From an uncultured Planctomycetota bacterium (GTDB lineage Bacteria; Planctomycetota; Planctomycetia; Isosphaerales; Isosphaeraceae), in NCBI GenBank assembly GCA_963823665.1, contig CAWGMQ010000010.1, positions 416,001 to 480,000 of the forward strand: a DNA stretch of 64,000 bases. The letters run 5' to 3'. Made by a program: the position numbers and the translations under genes. Positions 10,351 to 22,478 of this stretch are shown here, piece after piece. The notes beneath the pieces were generated by a model that was given only the letters and a program-made list of their open reading frames with translations, searched no databases and was not told the origin of the DNA. How positions within the stretch are numbered: position 1 is the first letter of the stretch; each line of letters begins with the position of its first letter.

Positions 10351-11369
10351 ATGCCTTATATCAACGTGCTCTTCTGGAACATCGAGAACTACGGCACTTC
10401 CAAGCACAAGGCGTCGAACGGGGGCAAGGAGCTTTACGCCTTCATCGTCGAGGTTCTCAAGCGGAACGAGGTGCACATCGCAGGCTTCGCCGAAATCCGC
10501 TCGAATCTCGGCGCAGATCGGCGCTGATCTCAAGCAGAAGCTCAACACCGCAATTTCCGGCTCATCGTGGGAGTACAAGGATAGCGCCCAGTTCGTGCCG
10601 AAACGCCTGGAGCAGTACCTGTTCCTGTACGACGAGAGAAAAGTCAAGGCCTACGGGGCCACCAAGTTCCAGCATGTGTTCAAAGACCCTGCCGATCAGT
10701 CGGTGCTGGGCTTCCCGCGGAAGACGAAGGACCGGCCGCCGTACCTGGGCTACTTCGAGACGCAGGACGCCAAGAAGAAGAAGATCGTGGTCGGGATCAT
10801 GCACTCGCCCAACCCATCGGACAAGAAGGGCGTCAAAGAAGCGCCGCAGAAGATCGCCTTGATCGACGAGTTGAAGTCAGGCGACGTCTGCGTCGTCATG
10901 GGCGACTTCAACGTCAAGGCGGTGTCCGACCACAGATCGCCTAATTCGGTCGGCGAAGCCGCCTTCCTGAACCTCGTCAACAAGGGATTCGAGCAGCGCC
11001 TGCTTGACGATGTTCAGTCCAGCCTGATCAACAAGAAAATGGCTTTTGCCGGGATGGAATATGACGATTGCCGGAGCCAGCCGTACGACCAAATCTTCCT
11101 GTACGCCGCCCACGACCGGCCGTTTCACCGTGGGCGATGACGACGACGGGATTGACGCTTTGATCGACAACTGTTCAACCATCGCCCCCGCGGGCTCGAC
11201 CACGTCCGCGAATTCTGACACGTATCTCATGGAGCCTTTGAGGGCGATCCAAAACATCAATTATGGCGAGAGCGAAACTGAGTATGACAACGTCGAGGAT
11301 GCGTTCGTCGCTTTTCGCGGTTATGTGAGCGACCACTACCCGGTTTTCATCAAGCTAACGTACCCGTGA
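10351..11369 (+). CDS. Endonuclease/exonuclease/phosphatase (DNase I-like) protein; frameshifts near 10520 and 11110
   Basis: Ordered motifs across three frames: FWNIEN, FAEI, EQYLFLY, RPPY, MHSP, MGDFN, PYDQIF, SDHYPV. Confidence 0.85.
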
Positions 11370-11425
11370 ACGTCCGGTTGTCGAGGAGAGTTTCCGCCTG
11401 CTCCGCAACCGATCACGAGGGAGCC

Positions 11426-12498
11426 ATGCGCCCGATCAGAACCGACCCGGCCCCGGCCACGTACAGCGAGCAGGCTCAGCTCGACCGCCGGGTCGTGCTC
11501 GTCGAAGGAACCGGGAGCGGTAATGCAGGCTCGAAGAGGCAAAGGAAGTCACAATCAGCTCGCGACTCGACGCGATTGAGACGGCGATCGCCCAGCCTCG
11601 TTCTCGCGACGAAGATATTCCGAATATGGCGAAGGACCTCACCGGATACGAGGCGGCCACGCGTCCCCTCATCACGCAGACGGGCCCCTATTGTGCTTAC
11701 TGTGAGGCACGCGTGGCGTCGGACCTGCGAGCTGAGCCGGTGCTGCCTGTCACCGCGTATCCAAAGAAACTGTTCGCCTACGACCGCCTGCTCCTCGCCT
11801 GCCCGGCGTGCCGGAACGCGCGGCGCCACCGGCCTGCTCGCAACGAAGGCCAATCCGACCTCGAGCTGCTGAACCCCGCGCGATTCGCCTGGCCCCATCG
11901 GTACTGGCAAAGCCTTCACGACGGCGACCACTTGCCGTTTTGCTATCGGCTCGACTTCGAAACCCCGGCCGGCGGAACTGCCTTGCCCCCGGAGGACGAT
12001 CTGGTTCACGAGTACCGCTCCGGTCGCGTGTGGGTCGAGCGGTCCGAATCCCTGGACCGCGGCGCAGTGATGCTGGGTCCGCCACCGGATCAGTTCGAGG
12101 ACGACGACGACCTCGCAGATCGGCCGCGACCCAAAGCGATTGCCGTGCGGATCATGCCGACGGATCCCAACTCGGCCCTCGGTCGCGGCGTGGCCGCAAT
12201 CATCGACCTGTTCAAACTCAACGATAAACTGACCGACCCGTCCGGCGCGCCAAACGCCCTCGACCGTCGCGTCGAGCTCCGCACGATGGCTTATGTCCGC
12301 GCCGTCGACTTTCGGTCCCGCCTGTCCTCAGCCCAGCAGCGCGGCGAAACCAATCTCGAGGCACGGATCAAGGAGCTCGTGAAGGACGCAGCCCAGGCAA
12401 CCGGATTCTGGGGGGTGTGGATGAGCGTCTTCCGCATCGATCACGGCTGGCTCGACGACCTGCTGCCCGGGACTGCGCTGCGTACGTGGGCGCCCTGA
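11426..12498 (+). CDS. Zn-finger HNH-like protein 1, degenerate active site; frameshift near 11540
   Basis: GAGGGAG RBS, MRPI start, GPYCAYCE, RAEPVLP (EH expected), LLLACPACRNAR (CN expected), FAWP, LDRRVELRT, ATGFWGVWMSVF, LPGT. Confidence 0.7.
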
Positions 12499-12579
12499 CC
12501 AGGGCCAGGAACCCGACGGTTCGCGCGATCGCCCGGAGTGATGCATGGTCCAGGTTCTCTCAACACACGAGACTTCCCG

Positions 12580-13776
12580 ATGCGACCCATCATGAAGGTG
12601 CCCATGGGGCTGCTATTGAAGTCGGAGACCCGCGACGCATTGCGCCACATGTTGCTCGAGTCGGTGGGCCCCTACTGCGCCTACTGCGAGTCGCCGATCG
12701 GGACCGATTTTCCCGCCTCGGTCCCAGACCCTGAGTTGCCAGATCAATCGATCCCCTCGGTACGCGTCTCGTGGGCGGCGCCCTTGAATCCGGTCGACGT
12801 CCATCAGAAGAAGGTCCGGGGAAGGTTGAGCTCGCGGCGGTTCTCCGCGGCCTGGGTCAATCAGCACGTCGCCTGTGCCGCGTGTGCGCGGGCGAAGGGG
12901 GACGAGCCGGGGATGGTGGCGGCCTACCGGCGGCTCGCAACGACCAATGACCAAAAGTTCCAAGAACTGGCGCTCAAGCTGGGCAACCGGCGTTCGTACA
13001 CTGAGGACGACTTCGACGACTTGTTCATCGCCGCCCTGCAGTCGTGGGTTTGGCCCGACACATCGAGCGATGAGGACGGCATCATCGTGCGCGTGGGTGA
13101 CCCGACCTACGACCTGTTTACCTACAGGGAAGAAACCGTGAGCCAGGTGGATCTCGCCGGACGGCGACTGGTGCGAGGGGGCCGGCTGCCCGCGGGCGCC
13201 AACCAGCCGTGCGCCGGCGTGTGGGTCATCCCGAATGATTCGTATATAAACAATCAAATGGACCACGATGACCTGCGCGATCGCGTGGTGTCGACGATCC
13301 TCGGGTTCGACCTGAACCGGTTCGACCCGACGTCGCTCGACCGCCGCGTCGAGAACCGCACTCTGGCGCTTCCTGTCGTCAGACGCAGTCTCGACCGCCT
13401 CAGGGATGTGGTGAGGTCGACCCCGAGGGACCAGACCGATCGCGACAGCGATCTCGACCATGTAAACGTAGAGGTTTTCGCCGGTGCGCTGCGCGAGACG
13501 ATCCGTGCCACCGGCTTCTGGACCATGTGGGCACAGGAGTTCCAGAAGGGGATCATGAGCCTCGCTGATGATGTCTGGCGGCTCTACACCGTCCCTGCGC
13601 GCCACCGCCTCCTGTACCGCATCTTCGTGCAATACGAGGAAGACAACCGCACCCTGTTCAACCGGCAAGCGTACCGGCCAACGAAGGCTTCCCCGATCCC
13701 GCGCGACGTACCAAAGGACGAGATCGTGTTCCAGATGGTGCTGGCCGGCACCGATCCGGAACGCCTCGACTTCTGA
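12580..13776 (+). CDS. Zn-finger HNH-like protein 2, degenerate active site, paralog of upstream gene
   Basis: MRPI start, GPYCAYCE, HVACAACARAK, WVWPD, LDRRVENRT, ATGFWTMWAQEF, LAGT; no EH..P motif. Confidence 0.7.
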   Translation: MRPIMKVPMGLLLKSETRDALRHMLLESVGPYCAYCESPIGTDFPASVPDPELPDQSIPSVRVSWAAPLNPVDVHQKKVRGRLSSRRFSAAWVNQHVACAACARAKGDEPGMVAAYRRLATTNDQKFQELALKLGNRRSYTEDDFDDLFIAALQSWVWPDTSSDEDGIIVRVGDPTYDLFTYREETVSQVDLAGRRLVRGGRLPAGANQPCAGVWVIPNDSYINNQMDHDDLRDRVVSTILGFDLNRFDPTSLDRRVENRTLALPVVRRSLDRLRDVVRSTPRDQTDRDSDLDHVNVEVFAGALRETIRATGFWTMWAQEFQKGIMSLADDVWRLYTVPARHRLLYRIFVQYEEDNRTLFNRQAYRPTKASPIPRDVPKDEIVFQMVLAGTDPERLDF

Positions 13777-13788
13777 GCGGAACAATCC

Positions 13789-16700
13789 ATGGCCGATATC
13801 GACCCGTCCAGCCCGTTGCTCCTCGCGCTTCGCAACCGCCTGAGGGCCAAGGGCACCGCTTTCGAACTCGGTCCCGAAGTCGTCCAGTCGCGCAATATCA
13901 CCTCCCAGTTCCGTGTACTACTTGGTGCTGCCGGCGACAAGCTCGGCGTGCGGGACGCGGCCCCGCCCGCCACCACGGCGGCCTCGGTAACGCTTACGGC
14001 CACGCTCGACCTGGCAGGCGTCACCGGCGGGCAAGGGACCTTCGTGTTCACCGTGCGGCGGTCGGTCTTACAGCTCGACCTGACGTATCGAATGGGCACG
14101 CGCACGATTGCCCAGCTCAAGGCCGCGAAGCTCGTCCCCGACGACATCTTCAAGGCGGGCGCGGCGGCGCGAGCACCTGGGCAGACAGTCTGGTCGCGAT
14201 CGACGGGGCCGTGCTCCAGCTCGACACCGCCGGGCGTTCGCTGACCGTGACGAGCGAAGGCAACGGACCGACCTGGTCCGTGGTTGTCCTTCCCGGCGTC
14301 ACGCTCCCTGCGGTGAAGCCCGACTTCCGGGTGTTCTCCGACCACGCCGCACGGCCAAACCGATATGTGCCCCGCGTGACGGCGAGGATCGACCTCGGTC
14401 TGGCCGGGAGGCTGCCACTGCCGGTCTACCTCCAACTTCCCTCCGGCTACGCCCCCTGGGAGCTCGGGCTTACCGAAAGCTGGTACGTCGGCAACATCAC
14501 CGACCTCGCCAAGCTCTTCGCCGGCCGGAGCCCGGAGCTGCCGGACGGTCTGGTGAGCCTCGGCCAGGTCACGCTCGAATCGTTCACGATGACCCATCCG
14601 CCGGGGGTCGATATCTGGACCTGGGACCTCGCCGCCAAGCTCGGCCGCGTTCCGGACCAGCCCGGCTCGAACGAGCCGCGCTGGTCGATCATCAAGGACA
14701 AGTTCGAGCTCGAAGAGCTCCGCGCCTGCGCTGCACGTCGCCGTGATCGGGACCGGATCTGCTTCGAAAGCGATCACATCCGGATCGGTGTCGGCGAAAT
14801 TCAAGCTCGACACGCTCGACCCGATCGACGCCATGCTCAGCATCCCCGGCTCCGACGGTGGCTGGACACTCGTCGCCACCACGAAGCAATCGCTCCGACT
14901 GGAGCAGACGGCCCCGCTCCTCGGTGGCGACCAGAATGCCCTGAAGTCGAGCGTGGACACGGTTGGGAGCACCGGCGGGTTCACGCTCGAACGGCTGGAG
15001 ATCTCGTTCAAGCCGGCTTCGGACCCTTCGCAGTTCGTGCTCTCGCGGCTCGTGATCGCGGCCTCGGTCACGTCGTGGACGGTGCCACACCAGAATTGGT
15101 TCCGGGTGAAGGGCATTTCAGCACGGCTCTTGGTTCTGAACCCGACCCGCGCCGACAGCGTTATTACCGGTGAGCTGTGCGCGATTCTGGCGCTGGGCTC
15201 TGTCGAGGCTGGCGTCCTGGCGTCGTTCGACCGCGACGCCGTCTGGAAGCTGAGGCTTGCCGCGCGGGCGGTGAACCTCGCCGGGCTGAGCGACCTGTCG
15301 GACCTCGTTTCCGAACCCACGATCAAGGGCGACGACAACCTTCCAGCCGAGCTCCCGACCTCCGGCGGCTTCCGCATGGGGGCGTTCGGCTTCAGCTACG
15401 ACAGCCGGAATGAATACTTCCCGGAGATCGCCTTCGCCCTCCAGAGCGAGCTCGGCTGGACGATCGTCCCCGACGTGCTCGAGCTGGGCGGCATCGACAT
15501 CGCGATCGAGGTCAAGCAGACAAGTAAGAACGCCAAGCCGGAGGTCAGCGGACATGTGAGCGGTTCGTTGACCCTCGCCGGGGTCCCGATTCGGCTGAGC
15601 GCCGACAAGCCGAAACTGGGGGGCCCCTGGACGTTAACCGGCCGACTCGAACGCGAGGTCAAGATCGACTTCAACACCGTCCTGCGCGAGCAGGTGGCGC
15701 CCGACTACTCAATCCCCGCCGGCTACCTTCCCACGTCCCTGTCGATCCGCGCAGCCGAGGTCACGCTCGTCCCCTCGACGCGTGAATTGGAGTTCACCGG
15801 CGCCGCGATGATTGAATGGCCGTTCAACCTCGGCGCGGCGCCGTTTCAGGTCAAGTCGCTGGGCGGAGCGATCCGCCGCGCCGTGGGCCCCGGGGGAATG
15901 CAGACCAGCGGCGAGCTGTACGGCACGATCGCCTTGAGCAACAGCCTCGAGGGCGACGCGACCGTTGCGCTTGGAACGGCGGGCATCGACACGGTCGTCC
16001 AGGTCACGCTGCGGAGCACCGCCGACTCGTCGCAGTTCCGGGTTGGCGCGGTCGCCGAGAGTCTGAGCGGCACGGGAGCGAACGCCCCGGCCGCGTTCGC
16101 AGCTCTGGTGCCGGCGGCCTTGCCGACGGAACTGACCGGCGTCGCCGTATCCATCAATTTGACAAAACGCGTTTACCTCGCCACGGGAACGCTGAAGAAC
16201 TTCGGGTGGGCCTACTTCTTGTACCAGGGAGCGGACGCGCCGCGTCCGCCGGGGGGAGGAGGTACGGGACCTGCGGCAGGGGCCGCGACTGCCACGGGCG
16301 GCTCGGGCTACCTGTTCGCGGCCGGCCTGGGAGACAATTTCAAGTTCGAAAACCTGCTTTCGGGGCTGAAGGGCGTGGACGAAGTGATCTCCGTGAAGGA
16401 GGCGATGCTCGCCGTGTACGCGGCGCCGGGCGGAGCTTTGGAAACGCTGAAGCAAGCGGTCCGTCCATTCGAGAACCGATCCGCGCCGATCCGCTGGCCG
16501 CTGCCCGAAGAGTCTCCGCTCGGGACGGACCTCCCGAGAGAGCGCGGGTTCGTGCTCACCGCCGCGATCGACATGCGCCCGGAGAAGAACAGAGACAACC
16601 TCTTCGAAAAAGTACTTCGGATCGGAACTCTGGGCGCCTCCGACGTGCGGCTGCTGGCGCTCGTCAACCGCGACGCGCCGGACCAGAGCGTCTACAGCGT

Positions 16701-19700
16701 GAGCCTGCACGACATCACGATTCTCCAGAATATGATCACGCTGACCGGCGTGGTGGCGACGTTCCGCCCCGCGAAGAAGGCCGAGCTGACGCTGGCGGTC
16801 GCGATTCTGGTCGAGAAGATCTTCGACAATAACTACCGCTTCCAGGGCGAGCTGAAGCTGACTTCGACCAATATGATTGGCCGGATCAGCCTGCTTGCCA
16901 CCGGCACGCAGAAAGTGACCGAACCGTTCAAGCTGCCCAATATCACGATCGACAGGCTCGAGCTCGGCGTGGAACGGACCTTCGGGGCCCGGGTCAACGG
17001 CCAGGTGACGGACCCGGCGACGCGGTTCGCCCTGTGGGGCAAGGTGCTCTTGGGCGCTCCACCCGCGACGGGGGCGCAAGATCAACGCCCTGCCTTCGAA
17101 GCCAAGCTCGCCCTCGCACAGGGCAAGCCGGCGCTTTTCAGCGTCGCCCTCACCAGCAATCTCGACGTGGGCGCCCTGCTGGCGCAGTGCTTCACGGGCG
17201 ACGCCAGGAACTGGCCGGCCGATTTCATCAATATCGTCTTTCTTAATGGCAGCCGCGTCTATTACTTCAGTGAAGTCGAAGGCTCGGAAGCCTGGAAGAC
17301 CGAGCCCGCCGTAGGGAACGTGCCGGCCGTCACGTACAAGCCGGGCTTCAACGTCGACGCACATATCGTGCTCAAGCTGGTCGAGGATATCCCGCTCCAC
17401 TTCACGCTCGAGTCGGTGCCCGGCGCCGAGGGCAAGCCGGGGGGCGTGAAGGCGACCGTGGCGCCGGAGACGCCCATCAACCTGTTGTTCATCGAGCTCG
17501 CGAGCGTCAGGCTCGAAGGTGATAAGTATGTCGGCGGCCCGACCCTCCAGTTTGCCACCAACCCCAAGACCTTCGGCTTCACGACGGGCGTGAACTTCTT
17601 CGGCAAGGGCTTGCTCGCCGCCGACGTCGGCATCACGCGCAATGCCGCGAACGACGACACCGTGGTCAACGGGTGGATTCAGCCTGCGTTGCAACCCGAC
17701 TTCGGCAATCTGTCTTTCAAGTTCACCTATACGCGCAAGGCGGATGGTAGCAGCAGCTTTTCGATCAGCGACTGGCCGTCGTTCGATGTCGCGCAAAAGA
17801 TCATCGAAATCGCGGCTCTGATCCAGACTGCGGCCGGATCGAAGGTCGGTTGCGAAGCCCTCGCCGAACTGGTCGACAAGGCGCTCTTCAAGACCAAGTA
17901 CTCGGTTACTCCCTCGGCCAAGATGGTGGGCGACAAACTGGAATTCTCGCTCACGGTCTCCTGCTCCATGTCGATCGGGGACGACCCCGCGTTCCTGAAA
18001 TGCGACCTGCCCGAGATCAAAGTCCAGATCCCGAAGAACACGGGTTTCTCTGAGTTGCTGAACAAGTTCATCGACGGGATCCGCCAGGCCGGCCCGGATT
18101 TCGTGCAAGACCTCCTGCGGAGCCCTGATAAGATCGCGCTGTTCCTGGCGATGATGTACAAAGACGAGGCGCTCGGGATCGCGCTCAAGCTGGTGTGCCG
18201 ATCGCGCGTGAATGCGGGGGTGGCCGCGGCCGCTGGCGCGGCGGCCAAGGCGTTCGCGGACGCGATCGCCGCGGGGCTCGCATTCACCGCGGCTATTGGC
18301 GCGGCGACCGGGGTGATCGCGTCCACGCTCGCGAGCCAGGGGGACCAGCAGGGCAGCGATCAGAAGCCGGGCAAACCAACGATGCGCAGCTTCAGCTTTC
18401 ACGGCGCCACCTTCCAGGGCGGTTGGACCGCCGCCGGCGGTGCCGCCAAGTATGAGTTCAAAGTGGCCGGCCCGCAGTTTGACCCGCCGCCGGCGCCGGC
18501 CGTTGCGGCGCTCGGGAGCTCAGTGCCCGCCAATCTCGCCACGCTCGCCGGCACCTACTCTGGCTCCGTCCGCGGCGTGCGTGGTGCGGACAATGGCGAC
18601 TGGAGCGTCCCGTTGACGCTCACCCTGGAGACGCTCGCCACGCCCATCGTCCGGCTCTCGTACGACGGGACGGCGGATCTCTTGGCCGAGTGGACGCCGC
18701 TGGTGGGCGGCCCCTACACGTACGAATTGAGGCTCTTCCGCGACGGGGCTCAGCTCACTCCGCAGGACCGCACCGCCCAGACTCCCGGCTCGCAGCGCTG
18801 GCCCCTGGCCAATCTGGCAGCCGGGTCATATACGGTGCAGCTCGCCGTGAAGGGCGGCGACGGCACGCGCCTCCCGGGCGCCTGGTCGGGGCCGAGCAAC
18901 ACCGTCGTCAAGCTGGCGCCGCCAGTCGTCCAGTCGCTCTCCTACGCCAACGACCGGGTGACGGCAAGCTGGACCGCCGAGCCAATCGCGTCGGCGTTTG
19001 AAGCGCAGCTCGTCGTCGACGGCGGGACCGGCGCGGCCGCGACGCCGGCGTCGCTCTCCGGGTTGAGCGCCCAGTTCGACTCGGCGCCGCTGGCCGTTGC
19101 CACCTATCGTGCGCAGGCCCGGGCCACGGCCGCGACCTTCCCTGCGATCAGCAAAACGACCGCCGCGCCAAGCGACTGGTCGGCGCCCTCCACCCGCAGC
19201 ATCGCGAAGCTGCCGCCGACGGACGTCTGGTCGGTGGGCGTCGACCCTTACGAGGAGAGGATTGGCGCACTGCTGCGTGACGTGCCAGGGGCCGACCTCC
19301 TCCTCGCCCGACTACACGTCGAGGGTGCCGACCCGGGGCCAGCGGGTGGGGCCGAGCCGCCGACCAGGTCCGTGGGATTGCAGATCCCCGCCACCTGGCA
19401 GATCGGGCCCGCTCGCGTCGAGGGGCGCGCGGCACGCTCCGACGGATCCGCGATTGCCAGCAAGTGGACCGCAAAGACGTTGGTCCGGGTTCACGCTCCG
19501 GTGCCTGGCGCGATTTCCTTCGACCATAACACGGGGACCGCCCGTTTGACGTTCTTTTTGGTCCCTCCTCCTCCGACGAACCTCTCCGACCTTCCGAGCC
19601 GTCCGATCCTTCCTACCGCTCCGCCCGCCGCGCCCCCGCAGCGGTATTTGGTCCGGTTCTTCGTTGGCACGCCCGCGCGGCCGTTCGAGCGGATCTCCGA

Positions 19701-22447
19701 GTTCGGCGACTCGACTGACATGGGCCCGATGAGTGTTTCGATCAACGTCGTCGACTTACCCGCCGGGCCGGTGCTGGCGCGGACCTGCACGGTTTCCGAC
19801 GGCCCCGAGCTGGTGCGGAGCGTCTGGCTCGACGTCGCGCCGGCTCTCACGAAACTGGGAATGGCCGCCGTGGTGCAAGCCAACTATGGCATCCAGGCCG
19901 GCGTCATCGGCGTCACGCTCCAGCAGGCGGAAGGACCGGTGTCTGAGTACCAGGCTCAATTGATCGCGATCAATCGCGGGCCAGTGGGGCCGGTGGGCCG
20001 CTCGTCTTCCCCCGTGGTCTCAATCGACTTGCCGGAACTCGAGGCCGGCGCCTACACGCTGCGCGCGGCCAACCTCGACTCTTCCCGAGGTGATCGATGG
20101 CGACTGGACCGAATGGCACCCCGCGACACCCTTCAACGTGCCGCCGCCGCCCACGAACCTGGCCCTGGCGTGGGACCCTTCGCAGCCTCAGCACGGCGCT
20201 GTGGTGGTGACCTTCGACTCCGGCGCGGAGGTCCTTCAGGCGCAACTGGTAGTAAACGGCGTGCCGACTGGCGGTTCGGCCGGACTCTATGTGGCGCCGG
20301 GGGATGCGCACCGGCTGACGATGAATCTACCTCGGCCGGAACACCTGGCGGCGGGCGCCATCGGCGTGCGCGTGCGGTCCGCCGGAAACCCTCCGTTCAC
20401 GATTTCCGGCGCCTGGGTGAAGTCGCCCTCCACCCTTGCGAACCCGGGACCGGCCACCGTCTTGAGCGCTCGATATGACCCGGCGTCGCAGGGCGTCCGA
20501 GTCACTCTCCGGCCACCGAACGGAGTCGTGTCGGAGTACCAGGCTCAGCTCGTCGCGATCGATCGCGGGCCGGTCGAACCAGTGGGCCACTCATCCACGA
20601 CGGAGGTGTTGATGAGTGTGGCGCGCCTGACGCCCGGCAACTACACGGTGCGGGCACGTGCGACCTCGTCGATGGATGGCGACTGGAGTTCGTGGCTCCC
20701 CGCCACGCCACTCACGATGCCCCCGGCGCCGGGCCACGTGGACCTGGCATGGAACCATGAGTTCGACGCCGTCGTCGTGAGCTTCGACCGCGCTCCCGGC
20801 GTTCCGACTTTCGAAGGGCAACTTCTGATCGGTGGTGTTGCGGTCGGCAATCCCGTCGGCATTGGCATGGCGCCTGGGGATCCGGCCCGGGGCACAGTGA
20901 ACATCCCTCTGCCCGACACCCTGCCCGACAACCTATCTGCCGGCGCCCTAGGCGCGTGGGTGCGCTCGAGCGGACCCACCCCGCAGACGATTCCCGGCGT
21001 TTGGCTGTCGTCGCCGAACACGCTCACTCGGCTTCCGGCGTATGGTCAGCCGAGCCTCCGACACGAGAGCGACTCGGCCGAACTCGAGGCCGTCTGGCCG
21101 ACGGCGGCGAGCGCAGTGCGGCTCGAGGTGCAACTTCTTGCGGGCCAGACTCCATTCGGGTGGAAGATGGTCGTCGAATCGCCGCGGGAGCCCGGGCCGA
21201 TTCGCGCCTCGTTCAAATTTGGCGACACTCTCCCGGGCGGCCCGGTCCGGGTACGGTTCCGCCTGGTCTCGGCTGACGGGCAGGGCGTTCCCGGTCCGTG
21301 GACGATCTCGGACGCGCACATTACTCGCCTCCATCCCCCGAGCATTGCCGGAACGTCGTGCGTAGACGGGATCTTGACTGTGAACGTGAATGTGACCCCC
21401 GACCCCGGCATGTCGCGCTGCGGACTGGAGCTTTCGAGCGGGTTCCTCCCGCCGGGCTTCTTCTACTCGGGACTGCCGGTCTCCTTCGCGATCGACACGG
21501 CCAACGGTTTTCCGGGCGATTACTGGCCGAAAGTTTGGGCGATCGGTCGGAAAGACGTCGCGATCAACAGTATCACCGTGGACGGCGCCTCGGTTGTGAC
21601 CCTGCTGGGAAAAACGTCGATCAAGGGGGCCAGATTCGGTTCCGGCAAGATCTACCTCTCCTGGAACAAGGTCGAAGGGCCCTTCCCCGGTACTGCCGGC
21701 GTGGGGCCGCCCGACGCCTACGTGGTGAGGGTCGTTGACGGGAACGGTGGGTCGGTCGCGGGGCACCGTGTCGAGGCAGCGGGCGGCGTGCCGCCAGCCA
21801 CCGCAGCCGCATTTGATGCCGCGCTTCAGCCAGGTGCCGTCTATCGGGCTTCGGTGCAGCTTGTCGGCCGGTCCGGCTCGGGGCACTGGAGCGATCCGGC
21901 GGATCTGCTCGCGTTCGACCCGGCGGATGTGACGGTGCTCGACCCGCCGGTGGGGCTGAACTTTACCTACGAGAACCCGAACGCGCGGGCGCGCTGGACG
22001 GCCCCGCCGATCGCAGGCGCTGTGAGCTATGAGCTGGAGCTGCGCGACGGTGATGGCCGGCCGGTGATGCAAGGCATAGGCGTTCCATCCGGGACGGAGG
22101 CCCTGATCTATTACTTTTCCTTCGCGCAGGTCGACCTGCCCTATACGGGAGTCGTCCGCACGAAGATCGGCACGGGCGCAAGCCGCTGGAGCAGACCCGC
22201 GGTGCTCTGGAACCCGGCGAGCCCGTCATATGCGCTGGCGCAAGGCCTGCGAGGGCAGCGGGCTGAGGACGTCGCCATTCAGATCCGGGGTGCTTACCCG
22301 TTCATTACCGCCACCGCGACGGCCCACATCGTCTTGTACTTGTTCCCGGATTCGGCTCGCAACGTGATCGAGGAGGCGCTGACGCGGGCCTCATTTTTCC
22401 TGGGCCAGATCTATTCGGCGATCGCCGCTGTGTTCCCCGGCAACTGA
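13789..22447 (+). CDS. Giant (~2,900 aa) protein: beta-rich N-terminal region, Ala-rich hydrophobic segment, FN3-like repeats; frameshifts near 14190, 14730 and 20075
   Basis: Four overlapping or abutting ORFs (13789, 14211, 14743, 20090) of continuous composition; FN3-like W...Y.V.VRA...GDWS signatures from ~18370; no evident signal peptide. Confidence 0.75.
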
Positions 22448-22478
22448 GGGGTGTGCGCCTTCTGAAACGAGAGCCCCC

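Noticed and set aside
11426..13776. Septu, retron or Cas9/IscB assignment for the HNH-like genes
   Set aside because: No adjacent ATPase, reverse transcriptase, RuvC motifs or CRISPR repeats; catalytic residues are absent.
15709..18402. 897-aa antisense ORF and similar long antisense ORFs (13584-15377, 30954-32870, 35955-37481)
   Set aside because: Typical high-GC shadow frames opposite well-supported genes, with no motifs.
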